Shown here piece after piece: positions 8,810 to 17,035 of a stretch of DNA of 64,000 nucleotides. Within the stretch, counting starts at the first letter, position 1. The number at the start of each line of letters is the position of its first letter. Under the pieces are notes generated by a model. That model was not told the origin of the DNA. It ran no database searches and worked only from the letters and a program-made list of their open reading frames with translations. The stretch comes from a virus (lineage: Duplodnaviria; Heunggongvirae; Uroviricota; Caudoviricetes). The DNA is taken from the IMG/VR virus record IMGVR_UViG_3300022822_000008, one strand, 5' to 3'. A program made the position numbers and the translations under genes.

Positions 8810-9319
8810 ATGTTAAAAGTATATAAGTGCAAAGATTATGCTGAAATCCCTAAATTAGCAACTGAAGGTTCGTCATGTTTTGACTTACAAGCCGCGTTAA
8901 AGATGGGTGATAAAGTCGTTAGTTATAATAACTGGAATAAAAGAGTGGACATCCCAGTAAAAATTATAGGCGGCAAAGAAGCAGTTCAAATTCATCCAGA
9001 TACTAGAATGTTGATACCAACAGGTCTTATATTTGACATACCTGAAAATCACACATTAAAGTTATTCATTAGGTCAGGAACTGCACTGAAAGCTGGGTTG
9101 TTGCTTGCAAACGGTACGGGCATTATTGATAGTGATTACGTCGAAGAATCCTTTATGATGGTTTATAATATTACTGATTCGGTCATTGCAATAAACAATG
9201 GGGAAAGATTGGCACAAGCTAAACTAGAAAAGAATATAAAATATTCACTAGTTGAAATCGACGAAGCACCTAAGCAAAAAACTGATAGAGATGGCGGTTT
9301 TGGTTCGACAGGCAAATAA
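8810..9319 (+). CDS. dut: Trimeric dUTPase
   Basis: FDL, IRSG, GIIDSDY, GERLAQ, RDGGFGSTG motifs 1-5. Confidence 0.95.
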   Translation: MLKVYKCKDYAEIPKLATEGSSCFDLQAALKMGDKVVSYNNWNKRVDIPVKIIGGKEAVQIHPDTRMLIPTGLIFDIPENHTLKLFIRSGTALKAGLLLANGTGIIDSDYVEESFMMVYNITDSVIAINNGERLAQAKLEKNIKYSLVEIDEAPKQKTDRDGGFGSTGK

Positions 9320-9324
9320 ATGAC

Positions 9325-9347
9325 AAAGAGGCCTTGCGCCTCTTTTT
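9325..9347. terminator. Intrinsic terminator between convergent operons, probably bidirectional
   Basis: aaagaggc-cttgc-gcctcttttt perfect 8-bp stem between dut and the convergent tape-measure gene. Confidence 0.8.
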
Positions 9348-11118
9348 ATGATGTTGTTCCTGCGTAAGTGTTACCTTCATTAGTCATAGCTAACATTATA
9401 TTAGTAACATTACTTGATTGATCGCCATGACGAACATTAGTACTACCTCCTTGTGATATGGCAATAGGTGCGCTGGATGAATTGCCAGATTGTACAGCTG
9501 CATTATCTTTCACAGTCTCTATATTGCTCATTCTCTTTTCGTCATCTATCGACCTTGGTAGAGATGAACTGGGCAATGTTAAAATTCCATTCTTCATAGT
9601 AACATCTTCATTCCTTGAATTGTTATTAATGAATGGGCTATCTGGATTAAAACCAAACGTTTTTTCAAATAATCCTGTATTTCTTTTATCTGCCATATCA
9701 GCAATTCTAGAGGTATTTTCTGCTCTTTTCTCTTCAGGACTTTGGTAATTCAATCCAAGTCCTTCATTTTGTTGATCAAACATAAGATTTGCTTCGGGCA
9801 TATTTTTTAAGAAATTCATTGTTTCTTCTCTTTGGCGTTTTCTTACCTCAATCATATCCCTAGATTTCTGTGCCATTCCTTTTGTCAATCTAATTGCATT
9901 CTGTATATTATTTCTTTGGTCGTTATTCATATCAGAACTTAGATTTTTCTCAAGTTCAATCACTTGGGCATCTTGTAATTTCATGCGAGCTTCAAACTCT
10001 GCCACTTCATTCTCTGTTCGTGATAATACATCATTTGCAACTTGGCGACTTGACTTGCCTAATCTAGCTCTGTTCCGTGCTTTATCTTCATCACTGCCTG
10101 TTCCCGTTTCTAAATATTTTTTATCTAGCGCGATTGCAGCTTGTAAATCATTAGGTAGAGAACCCAAATCGTTTATCTTATCATCTAAAGAACCCAATGC
10201 TGCTTCACCTACACCAAACACAAATCCTACTATGCCGCCAATTAGCGCTCCTTTAAGTCCAAATATTGCGGCGCCCAATGTCACGCCCTGAAGTGATCTT
10301 GTGCCAACACCCGCTACACCACCACCTTCCATCTTTGTATTTTTTATTTCAGCGTCGGACATATTCATAAGATCACCACGTATCCAATCAGTAATCTTTT
10401 CTCCATACATAAACATCAATGCAGCGATACCAACGAGACCACCTTTACCTACTGCTTTACCCATTTTGCCTAATAACCCACCACCTGCAGCACCAGGCAA
10501 TCCTACACCTAATAATGTGCCAAATAGTCCCGCTATTTTGAAGCCTGCTATTGCGACTCCAAACGCAGCAACGCCTGCAGCTAAACCTCCGAATGATTCT
10601 AAAGTCGTCATGATTGATTTAACGTCTATATCTTTGATGCTCTCGATCAACTCAGTCATTTTTCCGCCGGTGACTTTGTCGATGAATCCTCGCAAGAATT
10701 CAAACACACCAAAACCTATAAAGGCAAATTTACCAAGCGTCAATAAAAGACTTCCAAGACCTTTAGCATTATTAATTAATCTATCTTTCAAAGGACCTTT
10801 ATCATCTCTTTCTTTATCATCATTTTTATTAGGAGTTATTTCCTCAAGATCTTCTTTGCGTTGTTCATCTTCTCTATTTGCAAGTATTTCATTATTATCT
10901 CTGTTGGCAACCCATTTAGCAATACTAGTCATTTCCTTCACATTCTTGTCTATACTGTGAAAGACATTGGTGAATTTTTCAAGATTAATGTTGACTGCTT
11001 TTATTGAATTCTTTCCATTACGGATCATTGAACCTTCTTTTTTAAGACGCTCAATTATCGCTATCGTATCTGGAGAATATTCTTTTTCTTTAGGATCGGG
11101 TTTGTTAGGATTTGCCAT
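9346..11118 (-). CDS. Probable baseplate hub/tape measure protein (gp29-like)
   Basis: 590 aa; helical, with Gly/Ala-rich hydrophobic segments; directly downstream of gp26/gp51. Confidence 0.6.
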   Translation of the reverse strand: MANPNKPDPKEKEYSPDTIAIIERLKKEGSMIRNGKNSIKAVNINLEKFTNVFHSIDKNVKEMTSIAKWVANRDNNEILANREDEQRKEDLEEITPNKNDDKERDDKGPLKDRLINNAKGLGSLLLTLGKFAFIGFGVFEFLRGFIDKVTGGKMTELIESIKDIDVKSIMTTLESFGGLAAGVAAFGVAIAGFKIAGLFGTLLGVGLPGAAGGGLLGKMGKAVGKGGLVGIAALMFMYGEKITDWIRGDLMNMSDAEIKNTKMEGGGVAGVGTRSLQGVTLGAAIFGLKGALIGGIVGFVFGVGEAALGSLDDKINDLGSLPNDLQAAIALDKKYLETGTGSDEDKARNRARLGKSSRQVANDVLSRTENEVAEFEARMKLQDAQVIELEKNLSSDMNNDQRNNIQNAIRLTKGMAQKSRDMIEVRKRQREETMNFLKNMPEANLMFDQQNEGLGLNYQSPEEKRAENTSRIADMADKRNTGLFEKTFGFNPDSPFINNNSRNEDVTMKNGILTLPSSSLPRSIDDEKRMSNIETVKDNAAVQSGNSSSAPIAISQGGSTNVRHGDQSSNVTNIMLAMTNEGNTYAGTTS

Positions 11119-11121
11119 TTA

Positions 11122-11295
11122 TTATTTACTCTTCTCGTTTTGTGATTCTATATGATTTACTAGCATTGAAAAATACAAATCACGCTCAAATGGCATCATA
11201 TTCTCTATAGCGTCTAGAGACCATTTATGATGCTGAACCAATGAAAATATCATCTGATAATAATTAGATAAATTAATGTGGCTCAGCGCTAGATA
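11122..11295 (-). CDS. gp51: Baseplate hub assembly protein gp51-like, probably translated as a -1 frameshift extension of gp26 (not in ORF track)
   Basis: The -1 frame reads YLALSHINLSNYYQMIFSLVQHHKWSLDAIENMMPFERDLYFSMLVNHIESQNEKSK*; the QHHK.S...IENM.P.ER..Y motif is typical of the short gp51 of marine T4-likes. Confidence 0.82.
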   Translation of the reverse strand, partial: YLALSHINLSNYYQMIFSLVQHHKWSLDAIENMMPFERDLYFSMLVNHIESQNEKSK

Positions 11296-11990
11296 AAAAA
11301 ACTTTTCATGCCTTCTATTACAAAGGTTTTATCGGTGCCGTTTTTATTTTTATATTTTATTTCGTGCCTTAATTTTGGCATTGTATCAAAGAATACTTCT
11401 ATACCTTTAATGACAGAACCTGACATATCTTCCATGAATGCGTTTATTTGTTCTTCAGTGTAGTCCGAAAACTTGAATACTTCATCGGCCGATGCAATCG
11501 ATTCCAAACATGTTACCATTATGAAATAACTAATCAATGGATCATTTTGATTCATAGCAGAAATTTGTACAAACTCATCAATGGTTGGATACTTCAAAAT
11601 CAAAGTATACTCATCATTAATTTTTATTTTATTTGTATGATCTTTATCTTTAGTTATTTTTATATCATTAATGTCTATTTCAAGTCTGACTTCTTCTTCT
11701 GTTTCATTGTCTGTTATTGCGAATTGAAGTGAATTGCTAACTGACTGAGACCTAATAAACAACATTACGTACTCTAGATCAAACATAGCAAGGCTTGAAA
11801 CTTCCGTTCCTACAAGACAATTATTCACCACTTGTCTGGATGCTAATATTTCTTGTTCTGCGTTGTCCGATTCTTGCGCGACAAGAAGTATCTTTTCTTC
11901 TTTCACTGTAAACGGGCGATATTTTATCTTCTTACCATTCGACGGTAAGGTTAATTCCATAATAGGAAGGTCAATTTTTGGTAATGACAT
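11289..11990 (-). CDS. gp26: Baseplate hub assembly chaperone gp26
   Basis: MSLPKI..P..EL.LPS.GKKIKYRPFTVKEEKILL, FDLEY..L.IR.., FF.TMPKL, IEG..SFF. Confidence 0.92.
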   Translation of the reverse strand: MSLPKIDLPIMELTLPSNGKKIKYRPFTVKEEKILLVAQESDNAEQEILASRQVVNNCLVGTEVSSLAMFDLEYVMLFIRSQSVSNSLQFAITDNETEEEVRLEIDINDIKITKDKDHTNKIKINDEYTLILKYPTIDEFVQISAMNQNDPLISYFIMVTCLESIASADEVFKFSDYTEEQINAFMEDMSGSVIKGIEVFFDTMPKLRHEIKYKNKNGTDKTFVIEGMKSFFI

Positions 11991-12005
11991 GTTGTAAAGC
12001 TCCTG

Positions 12006-12788
12006 TTAAATTTTATTGCTCAAATTGTCGAATGAGTTCCTAACCCTTGATATTCTGTTTACTGCATCTTGTACTGTATCGAATCTAAAACCTTGATTAA
12101 CTGTTTGTCCTATAACACTACCGAAACCAGCAAGCGCTCCTAAAGAATCAAGTAAACCAGTCCCGTTCGATGCTCGGTTGTTAGGTATTCCAGTTTTCGT
12201 ACCAGAATAAAGTATATTGTCATATGAAAATCCTACTGGTAGAGTTAAGTATGAGTCATTATCTTCCCATGCCAAATCAAGGTCTCCAATTGAAAAAGGA
12301 TGTGCGTTATATAACACAACCTCATAATATTTATCATCTACGGACTCGGTTGAATAATGTCTTATTGTTATGGTCGAAGCATATTCATCTTTATATCCTA
12401 TTTCATAAGGTAATCTTCCATCTACTGCATCAAAAGATCCAGGTCCATTTCCATGATTGACTATTTTTTGCATCCATTGATGGAAGTAATTTAATATTTC
12501 ATGATCCGAATCGACCATGAAAATCAAACTCACTGGAGCGACAGTCACTCCAACTGTAAATTGCCTTTCCATTTGTCCTACAGAAGCATAAGAAGTTGTG
12601 TTAAATGTAATTGCGGGAATTTGTGCGTTTTTACAAAAAAATGATAATGTTCTAGCTTCAATCGTATTACCAGACGCATCTGTAGCTCCATCCGAAAGAG
12701 GAGCTATTGTTATTTCAAATAGATTCCCACGCGCGGGACCGCCACGCTTATCCATTTCAGATTTGAATTGACTAATATTGAAAGTCAT
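12006..12788 (-). CDS. Tail-tube-fold baseplate protein (gp54/gp19-like)
   Basis: GGPAR.NLFE, FFC..AQIP, YF..WM, Y.DEY, L..A.P..IG..DL.W. Confidence 0.75.
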   Translation of the reverse strand: MTFNISQFKSEMDKRGGPARGNLFEITIAPLSDGATDASGNTIEARTLSFFCKNAQIPAITFNTTSYASVGQMERQFTVGVTVAPVSLIFMVDSDHEILNYFHQWMQKIVNHGNGPGSFDAVDGRLPYEIGYKDEYASTITIRHYSTESVDDKYYEVVLYNAHPFSIGDLDLAWEDNDSYLTLPVGFSYDNILYSGTKTGIPNNRASNGTGLLDSLGALAGFGSVIGQTVNQGFRFDTVQDAVNRISRVRNSFDNLSNKI

Positions 12789-13400
12789 TTATTTTTGTCC
12801 TTTGATGATTTTACGAGAATCAGCATATACTTTGTTTTTCGAAACTCCACCGAAGTTAGCAAGTGGTAAAAATAAAGCAATATCCCATTCAACAGGTGAA
12901 ATATACATAAATCTTGATTTTATCTGCGACGAAAGATAATGCTTTATCGTCGGTTTAAACATATTAAATTTAGTAGCACTATTTAGAATATTATAAGTTA
13001 TTTTTATTCTTGTTGACTCGTTATACATATCATTATTTGTAACTGTATACAAAGCGTCCATTAATTTAGCACGCAACATAGGCGGCAAGTAATGTAAATT
13101 TATACCTAAGAAACCACCCTTTGCTAATCCTATAGGAAAAATTAAAGGGAACCTATCGAAATATGGAAGTGTTGCAGCATGTTTTGCTGAGTAAGAAAAC
13201 ATATACAAATTCCCAAGTGTTATTTTATTGACAGCTTGAGAAGGTGATTCTTTCATAATTTTATTTGCATCAAGTAGTCCTGTCCTTCCTACTCTTTTTG
13301 CCGCATTTCTATACCAAGTTCTGGCCGCCTCTGATCTTGCAGGGACTTGCCCGTTTTTGATGCCGCGTAATAACAACCTATCAAATACATTAGTAGCCAT
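12789..13400 (-). CDS. gp2: DNA end protector protein
   Basis: G.LYMF.Y.AK....LPYFD.FPLIF, GFLGINLHYLPP..R, KHYL, EW.IA.FLP. Confidence 0.92.
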   Translation of the reverse strand: MATNVFDRLLLRGIKNGQVPARSEAARTWYRNAAKRVGRTGLLDANKIMKESPSQAVNKITLGNLYMFSYSAKHAATLPYFDRFPLIFPIGLAKGGFLGINLHYLPPMLRAKLMDALYTVTNNDMYNESTRIKITYNILNSATKFNMFKPTIKHYLSSQIKSRFMYISPVEWDIALFLPLANFGGVSKNKVYADSRKIIKGQK

Positions 13401-13865
13401 TTATTTTATTCCTAATTCGTGTTCGGTCATTATGATGAATTCCCATCCCCTGTCTTTACAATAATGTCGTGCCGCTTTCCATTTTGCATCGTTAACTCCA
13501 TAAGTTTTAACTTCGTTCAAATACCTTCTAGAAATTCTGCCAGTTGGTGTTTTGTTTCTCTTACCTATATCCGGAGGAAGAGTCTGAGCGTAGGGTTTAA
13601 TTTCAATCATAATAGTTTCTTTTTTACCTGCTGTTTTTCTATCATGTTTATGGACGACTACATCAGGAAAATACCTATGGCGCTTACCGTCAATCGGTGA
13701 AGTATAAGGTACTATGTGTTCTTCTGAAGCCCACCAAATTATATCCGGATGTGTATCTACGTATCTAAAGAACTTCAATTCCCAAAGAGATCGATATGTA
13801 ATACTACCTGCATCCCCTTTATATTTAGCGGGATTTTTAGGTCTAAATTTTCCCTTATATGCCAT
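13401..13865 (-). CDS. gp4: Head completion nuclease (TnsA-like)
   Basis: YKGKF.PKNP.KYKGD, YRSLWE, WASEE, HRYFPD, IEIKP, N.AKW.AA. Confidence 0.95.
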   Translation of the reverse strand: MAYKGKFRPKNPAKYKGDAGSITYRSLWELKFFRYVDTHPDIIWWASEEHIVPYTSPIDGKRHRYFPDVVVHKHDRKTAGKKETIMIEIKPYAQTLPPDIGKRNKTPTGRISRRYLNEVKTYGVNDAKWKAARHYCKDRGWEFIIMTEHELGIK

Positions 13866-13884
13866 AATTAATAGTGTCCTTTGT

Positions 13885-13892
13885 TATAAATA
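13885..13892 (+). promoter_or_regulatory. T4-type late promoter for the baseplate operon
   Basis: TATAAATA in the gp4/gp48 divergent gap. Confidence 0.85.
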
Positions 13893-13908
13893 CATTCATA
13901 ATATCACC

Positions 13909-13916
13909 TATTTATA
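13909..13916 (-). promoter_or_regulatory. T4-type late promoter for the gp4-gp2-gp26 operon
   Basis: tatttata on + equals TATAAATA on -. Confidence 0.85.
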
Positions 13917-13947
13917 CAAACAAGAACAAAACACAGGATATAAATCA

Positions 13948-15006
13948 ATGGCTAGACCAGAACAGTTAAGACAAAGAGAAAAGGAAAATAGATCAGCGCG
14001 TCTTTCATTTCCTAGTAAGGCCTTGCCGCACTCTATCCTGTTAAATTTTAAAAGATATAATTACAGTGAATTGTATGGTAGTATTAAAGAAGGCGAAGGT
14101 ATTGGTACTGGTTCAATAAGAGCAAGATCGGTAAGTGATAGCGGATCTATTGCTCAAATAACAGGCGAATCTTCAGTAGAATTGCCTTTCCCAAAACAAC
14201 TGAGTGATGCTACTACTATAAACGCTGGAGGTTTTGAAAGAAGTCTTGTTGGAGATGCAATTGCCAGTGTGTTCGGAGGAGCTTCAGGTGGGGGATCCTC
14301 AGCAGTTGAAAATAATTCTAGAACGGCTTTAAAGTCTATAGTAGCAGGTTTGCGTGCTGCTGGTGCAGCGACCGCGGATTTAATGCAAGGTAATAGCGAT
14401 GCCTTGGCTTCTAACGCAAAAAGTAGTCTTGCCGCAGCATCATATTTTATGAGAAATCAGATGGATGGAGTCGCAGGAAAAACAATATCAAACGCACAAG
14501 GTAATGCTATTAATCCCAAGGAAACAATGGCCTTTAATGGAGTTCAATTAAAAACTCATGCTTTTACTTGGGAGTTGTTTCCAAGTAACGAATCAGATTC
14601 TGTACAGATAAGACAGATTATTAAAATGATAAAGACAAACGTATTGCCAGGTACTGCAGCTCTAGGTGGAATGGTAAACCGAGCATTTTTAGAATATCCA
14701 AGTCTTGTTGACATATATTTATTAGGCGTCGATGAAGATTATTTTTTCAAATTTAAACCTTGTATGGTGACTGCATTCAATGTTACCTACACTGGCGGAG
14801 ATGCAATGCCAATACTTAAGGGCGGTAAACCTGCAATGGTCGTTATTGAAATGACTATGACTGAAATGCAGATACACACCAAAGAAGATATGGATGAAAA
14901 ATACGCAGAAGAAGTAATAACAGAAGAAGCAAGAAAAGAGACTCAAGAAGAACTCATTGCCAACGCCGCCAGAGGCGCTGCCGAACCTAATAATGGAGTA
15001 GAATAA
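13948..15006 (+). CDS. gp48: Baseplate tail-tube cap
   Basis: LP.P..L.D, INP.....F.GV....H.F.W.L.P....S..I..II, FL.YP, FKPC; real start ATG 13948 after AGGA (track start 13714 overlaps gp4). Confidence 0.85.
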   Translation: MARPEQLRQREKENRSARLSFPSKALPHSILLNFKRYNYSELYGSIKEGEGIGTGSIRARSVSDSGSIAQITGESSVELPFPKQLSDATTINAGGFERSLVGDAIASVFGGASGGGSSAVENNSRTALKSIVAGLRAAGAATADLMQGNSDALASNAKSSLAAASYFMRNQMDGVAGKTISNAQGNAINPKETMAFNGVQLKTHAFTWELFPSNESDSVQIRQIIKMIKTNVLPGTAALGGMVNRAFLEYPSLVDIYLLGVDEDYFFKFKPCMVTAFNVTYTGGDAMPILKGGKPAMVVIEMTMTEMQIHTKEDMDEKYAEEVITEEARKETQEELIANAARGAAEPNNGVE

Positions 15007-15007
15007 T

Positions 15008-15415
15008 ATGACTAAATATTTTGCTAACTTCCCTATAATAACTTATAACGGAAGGCGAGTTAGAGACATATCAAGACGAAATGCATTTAAAAAAGATATA
15101 ACAAGTAATCCATATCTGTATATGCCATACACCGTCAAAGAAGGCGAACGTCCAGAGGATATTGCTAATTTCTATTATGGTTCTACAGACTTTACATGGC
15201 TTGTGTATTTTTCTAATAACATATTGGATCCTCACCACGATTGGCCATTCAGCGAAAGTAATTTTAATAATTATTTAATAGATAAATATGGTCCAGAATC
15301 AGGAAAAACAGGTGAAGAAGTACTCGAATGGACTCAACAAGAAACATTCACGACACCGAGCGGTGTGGTCGAAGAGTTCACTGAAAATATTCTATACTAT
15401 TACAGAGAGGTTTAA
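15008..15415 (+). CDS. gp53: Baseplate wedge gp53, N-terminal part (LysM-like)
   Basis: YF.NFP.I.Y, Y.VKEGERPE.IA..YYG...W.V...N.I.DP..DWP. Confidence 0.88.
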   Translation: MTKYFANFPIITYNGRRVRDISRRNAFKKDITSNPYLYMPYTVKEGERPEDIANFYYGSTDFTWLVYFSNNILDPHHDWPFSESNFNNYLIDKYGPESGKTGEEVLEWTQQETFTTPSGVVEEFTENILYYYREV

Positions 15416-15419
15416 TTAA

Positions 15420-15677
15420 ATGGCTGCTGATCTAATAAAATTATCGCCAGAATCGTTTGAAACAATTTATCTGCGCGGAGAAGATCGTATCATACTTCGA
15501 ACAGAACAAGGACGAAAGATTATAATCCGCAGAATCATACCAGCGGAATGGAAAGCATATAGAGTTTATGAAAAAGAACTTACTGTTAATGAAAACAAAA
15601 GAGAAATCTTGCTTTTCGATAACAGATATACCGAACAACTCTCGCGCGAATTTATTGAAAATGTAAGCGAAAAATAA
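15420..15677 (+). CDS. gp53 C-terminal part encoded as a separate gene
   Basis: YE.E...NE.KREI.L....Y..Q...EF resembles gp53 C-termini; own SD (GAGG). Confidence 0.6.
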   Translation: MAADLIKLSPESFETIYLRGEDRIILRTEQGRKIIIRRIIPAEWKAYRVYEKELTVNENKREILLFDNRYTEQLSREFIENVSEK

Positions 15678-17035
15678 TGTCTGATAATAACAATAAATTT
15701 AAACCCGCTAATGCTGATATTCAAAAGGCTTCAATAAAGTCTTATGGAAAAAGTGCAGAAAAGGACATATCACCTCTTATTCATAATATAACATTTTCAC
15801 AGTCAACCAATGATGTTGTTTGGCGAGGAATTATATCCATGTATGATAATGTGGGCTTATTGGAAACTTATCCTTTGAGGGGTGAGGAAGAACTTCATCT
15901 TATCATTAAAGGATTTGATTTACAAACTGTAATAGATTTAAAGTGTCAAATATTTAAAATAGATTCTGTAACGCCAAATCCAAACGCAGACGGCATGAGT
16001 TATAATTTGCATATAATTTCAAAGACAAGTTTTGATGCTTCAAAAAGAAAAATAATAGAATCACATCAAGATGTATCTGGTGCTAAAATAGTAAAAGATA
16101 TGTTTAAAAAGTATTATAAAAAATTGACCGAGCAAAAAGATACGCCTTTGCCTTACGGAGCAGAAAGATATGGCATAGCAGAAAATAAAGGTCTTGTATT
16201 TACAGTACAACCCACGACGGGAAAGTTAAAGGCGATTATACCTCACATGATGCCATCTAACGCAATGAAGTTCATGGCAAATAGATGTTACAGCACACAG
16301 ACACCTTCAAGTTCATATTCCTTTTTCGAAACCTTTGATGGATATAGTTTTGTAACTGATGAGTTTTTAATTAAACAAGCAATTAATGATAAGTCACAAA
16401 TGATACCTTTAACAAACGAGGCTTTCAATAATCTCGAACCTGGTAATGCACTAGGACAAATACAGACAATAGAATATATTTCAAACCCAAATAGAGTCAA
16501 TACTGCAGCTGATATGTTAGAAGGAGGATATGCTAGTTCCGTTTATGAAATAGATTTGCTTCGTAAAAAGGTTGTAAATAAAGAGTACGACTATAGAAAA
16601 AATAGTAAATTTATTAATATGAATGGTAAAGAAGGTTTAAGAAAATCAGACTCCATTCATACAGATGCTTTTATGGATGATACATTCACTCGCGAGAATG
16701 CTAAACGATTTATTGTCTTAAGGGATTACACAGGTCATGACGATTTGGATTCCAAATTGAGAGGTGACCAATATTACAGTGAAATCATTTCTAATAAATT
16801 GTTCCATAAAAGACATATGGAAGGCACTGTGGTCAGCGTTGGATTAAAAGGTCGATTAGATATTAGACCAGGTATGGTCGTTAAGATGTCTATAAACGTT
16901 GCATCAGGAAATGAAGAAAAGAAAAGAAACGAACAAATGTCTGGAAATTATCTGGTGAGAGCAACTGTACATACGATAAACGAAGGTATTGTTGCTACTT
17001 CCTTGACACTAGTTAAATATGATTGGAGTGTATAA
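15677..17035 (+). CDS. Baseplate hub protein (gp27-like)
   Basis: P..GEE, Y.FFET..G..F, G...IRPG.V, SG.YLV....H; immediately upstream of gp5. Confidence 0.7.
   Translation: MSDNNNKFKPANADIQKASIKSYGKSAEKDISPLIHNITFSQSTNDVVWRGIISMYDNVGLLETYPLRGEEELHLIIKGFDLQTVIDLKCQIFKIDSVTPNPNADGMSYNLHIISKTSFDASKRKIIESHQDVSGAKIVKDMFKKYYKKLTEQKDTPLPYGAERYGIAENKGLVFTVQPTTGKLKAIIPHMMPSNAMKFMANRCYSTQTPSSSYSFFETFDGYSFVTDEFLIKQAINDKSQMIPLTNEAFNNLEPGNALGQIQTIEYISNPNRVNTAADMLEGGYASSVYEIDLLRKKVVNKEYDYRKNSKFINMNGKEGLRKSDSIHTDAFMDDTFTRENAKRFIVLRDYTGHDDLDSKLRGDQYYSEIISNKLFHKRHMEGTVVSVGLKGRLDIRPGMVVKMSINVASGNEEKKRNEQMSGNYLVRATVHTINEGIVATSLTLVKYDWSV

Noticed and set aside
9458-11155. Plus-strand ORFs (96, 102, 219 and 62 aa) opposite the tape-measure gene
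   Set aside because: Antisense shadows; the Pro/Ala-rich composition mirrors the Gly/Ala codons of the real gene
13714-13947. N-terminal extension of gp48 given by the ORF track
   Set aside because: It overlaps gp4 antisense and the promoters; the SD-supported start is 13948
15405-15425. Frameshift or sequencing error joining the two gp53 halves
   Set aside because: An in-frame TAA sits immediately before the second ATG, and the second ORF has its own SD
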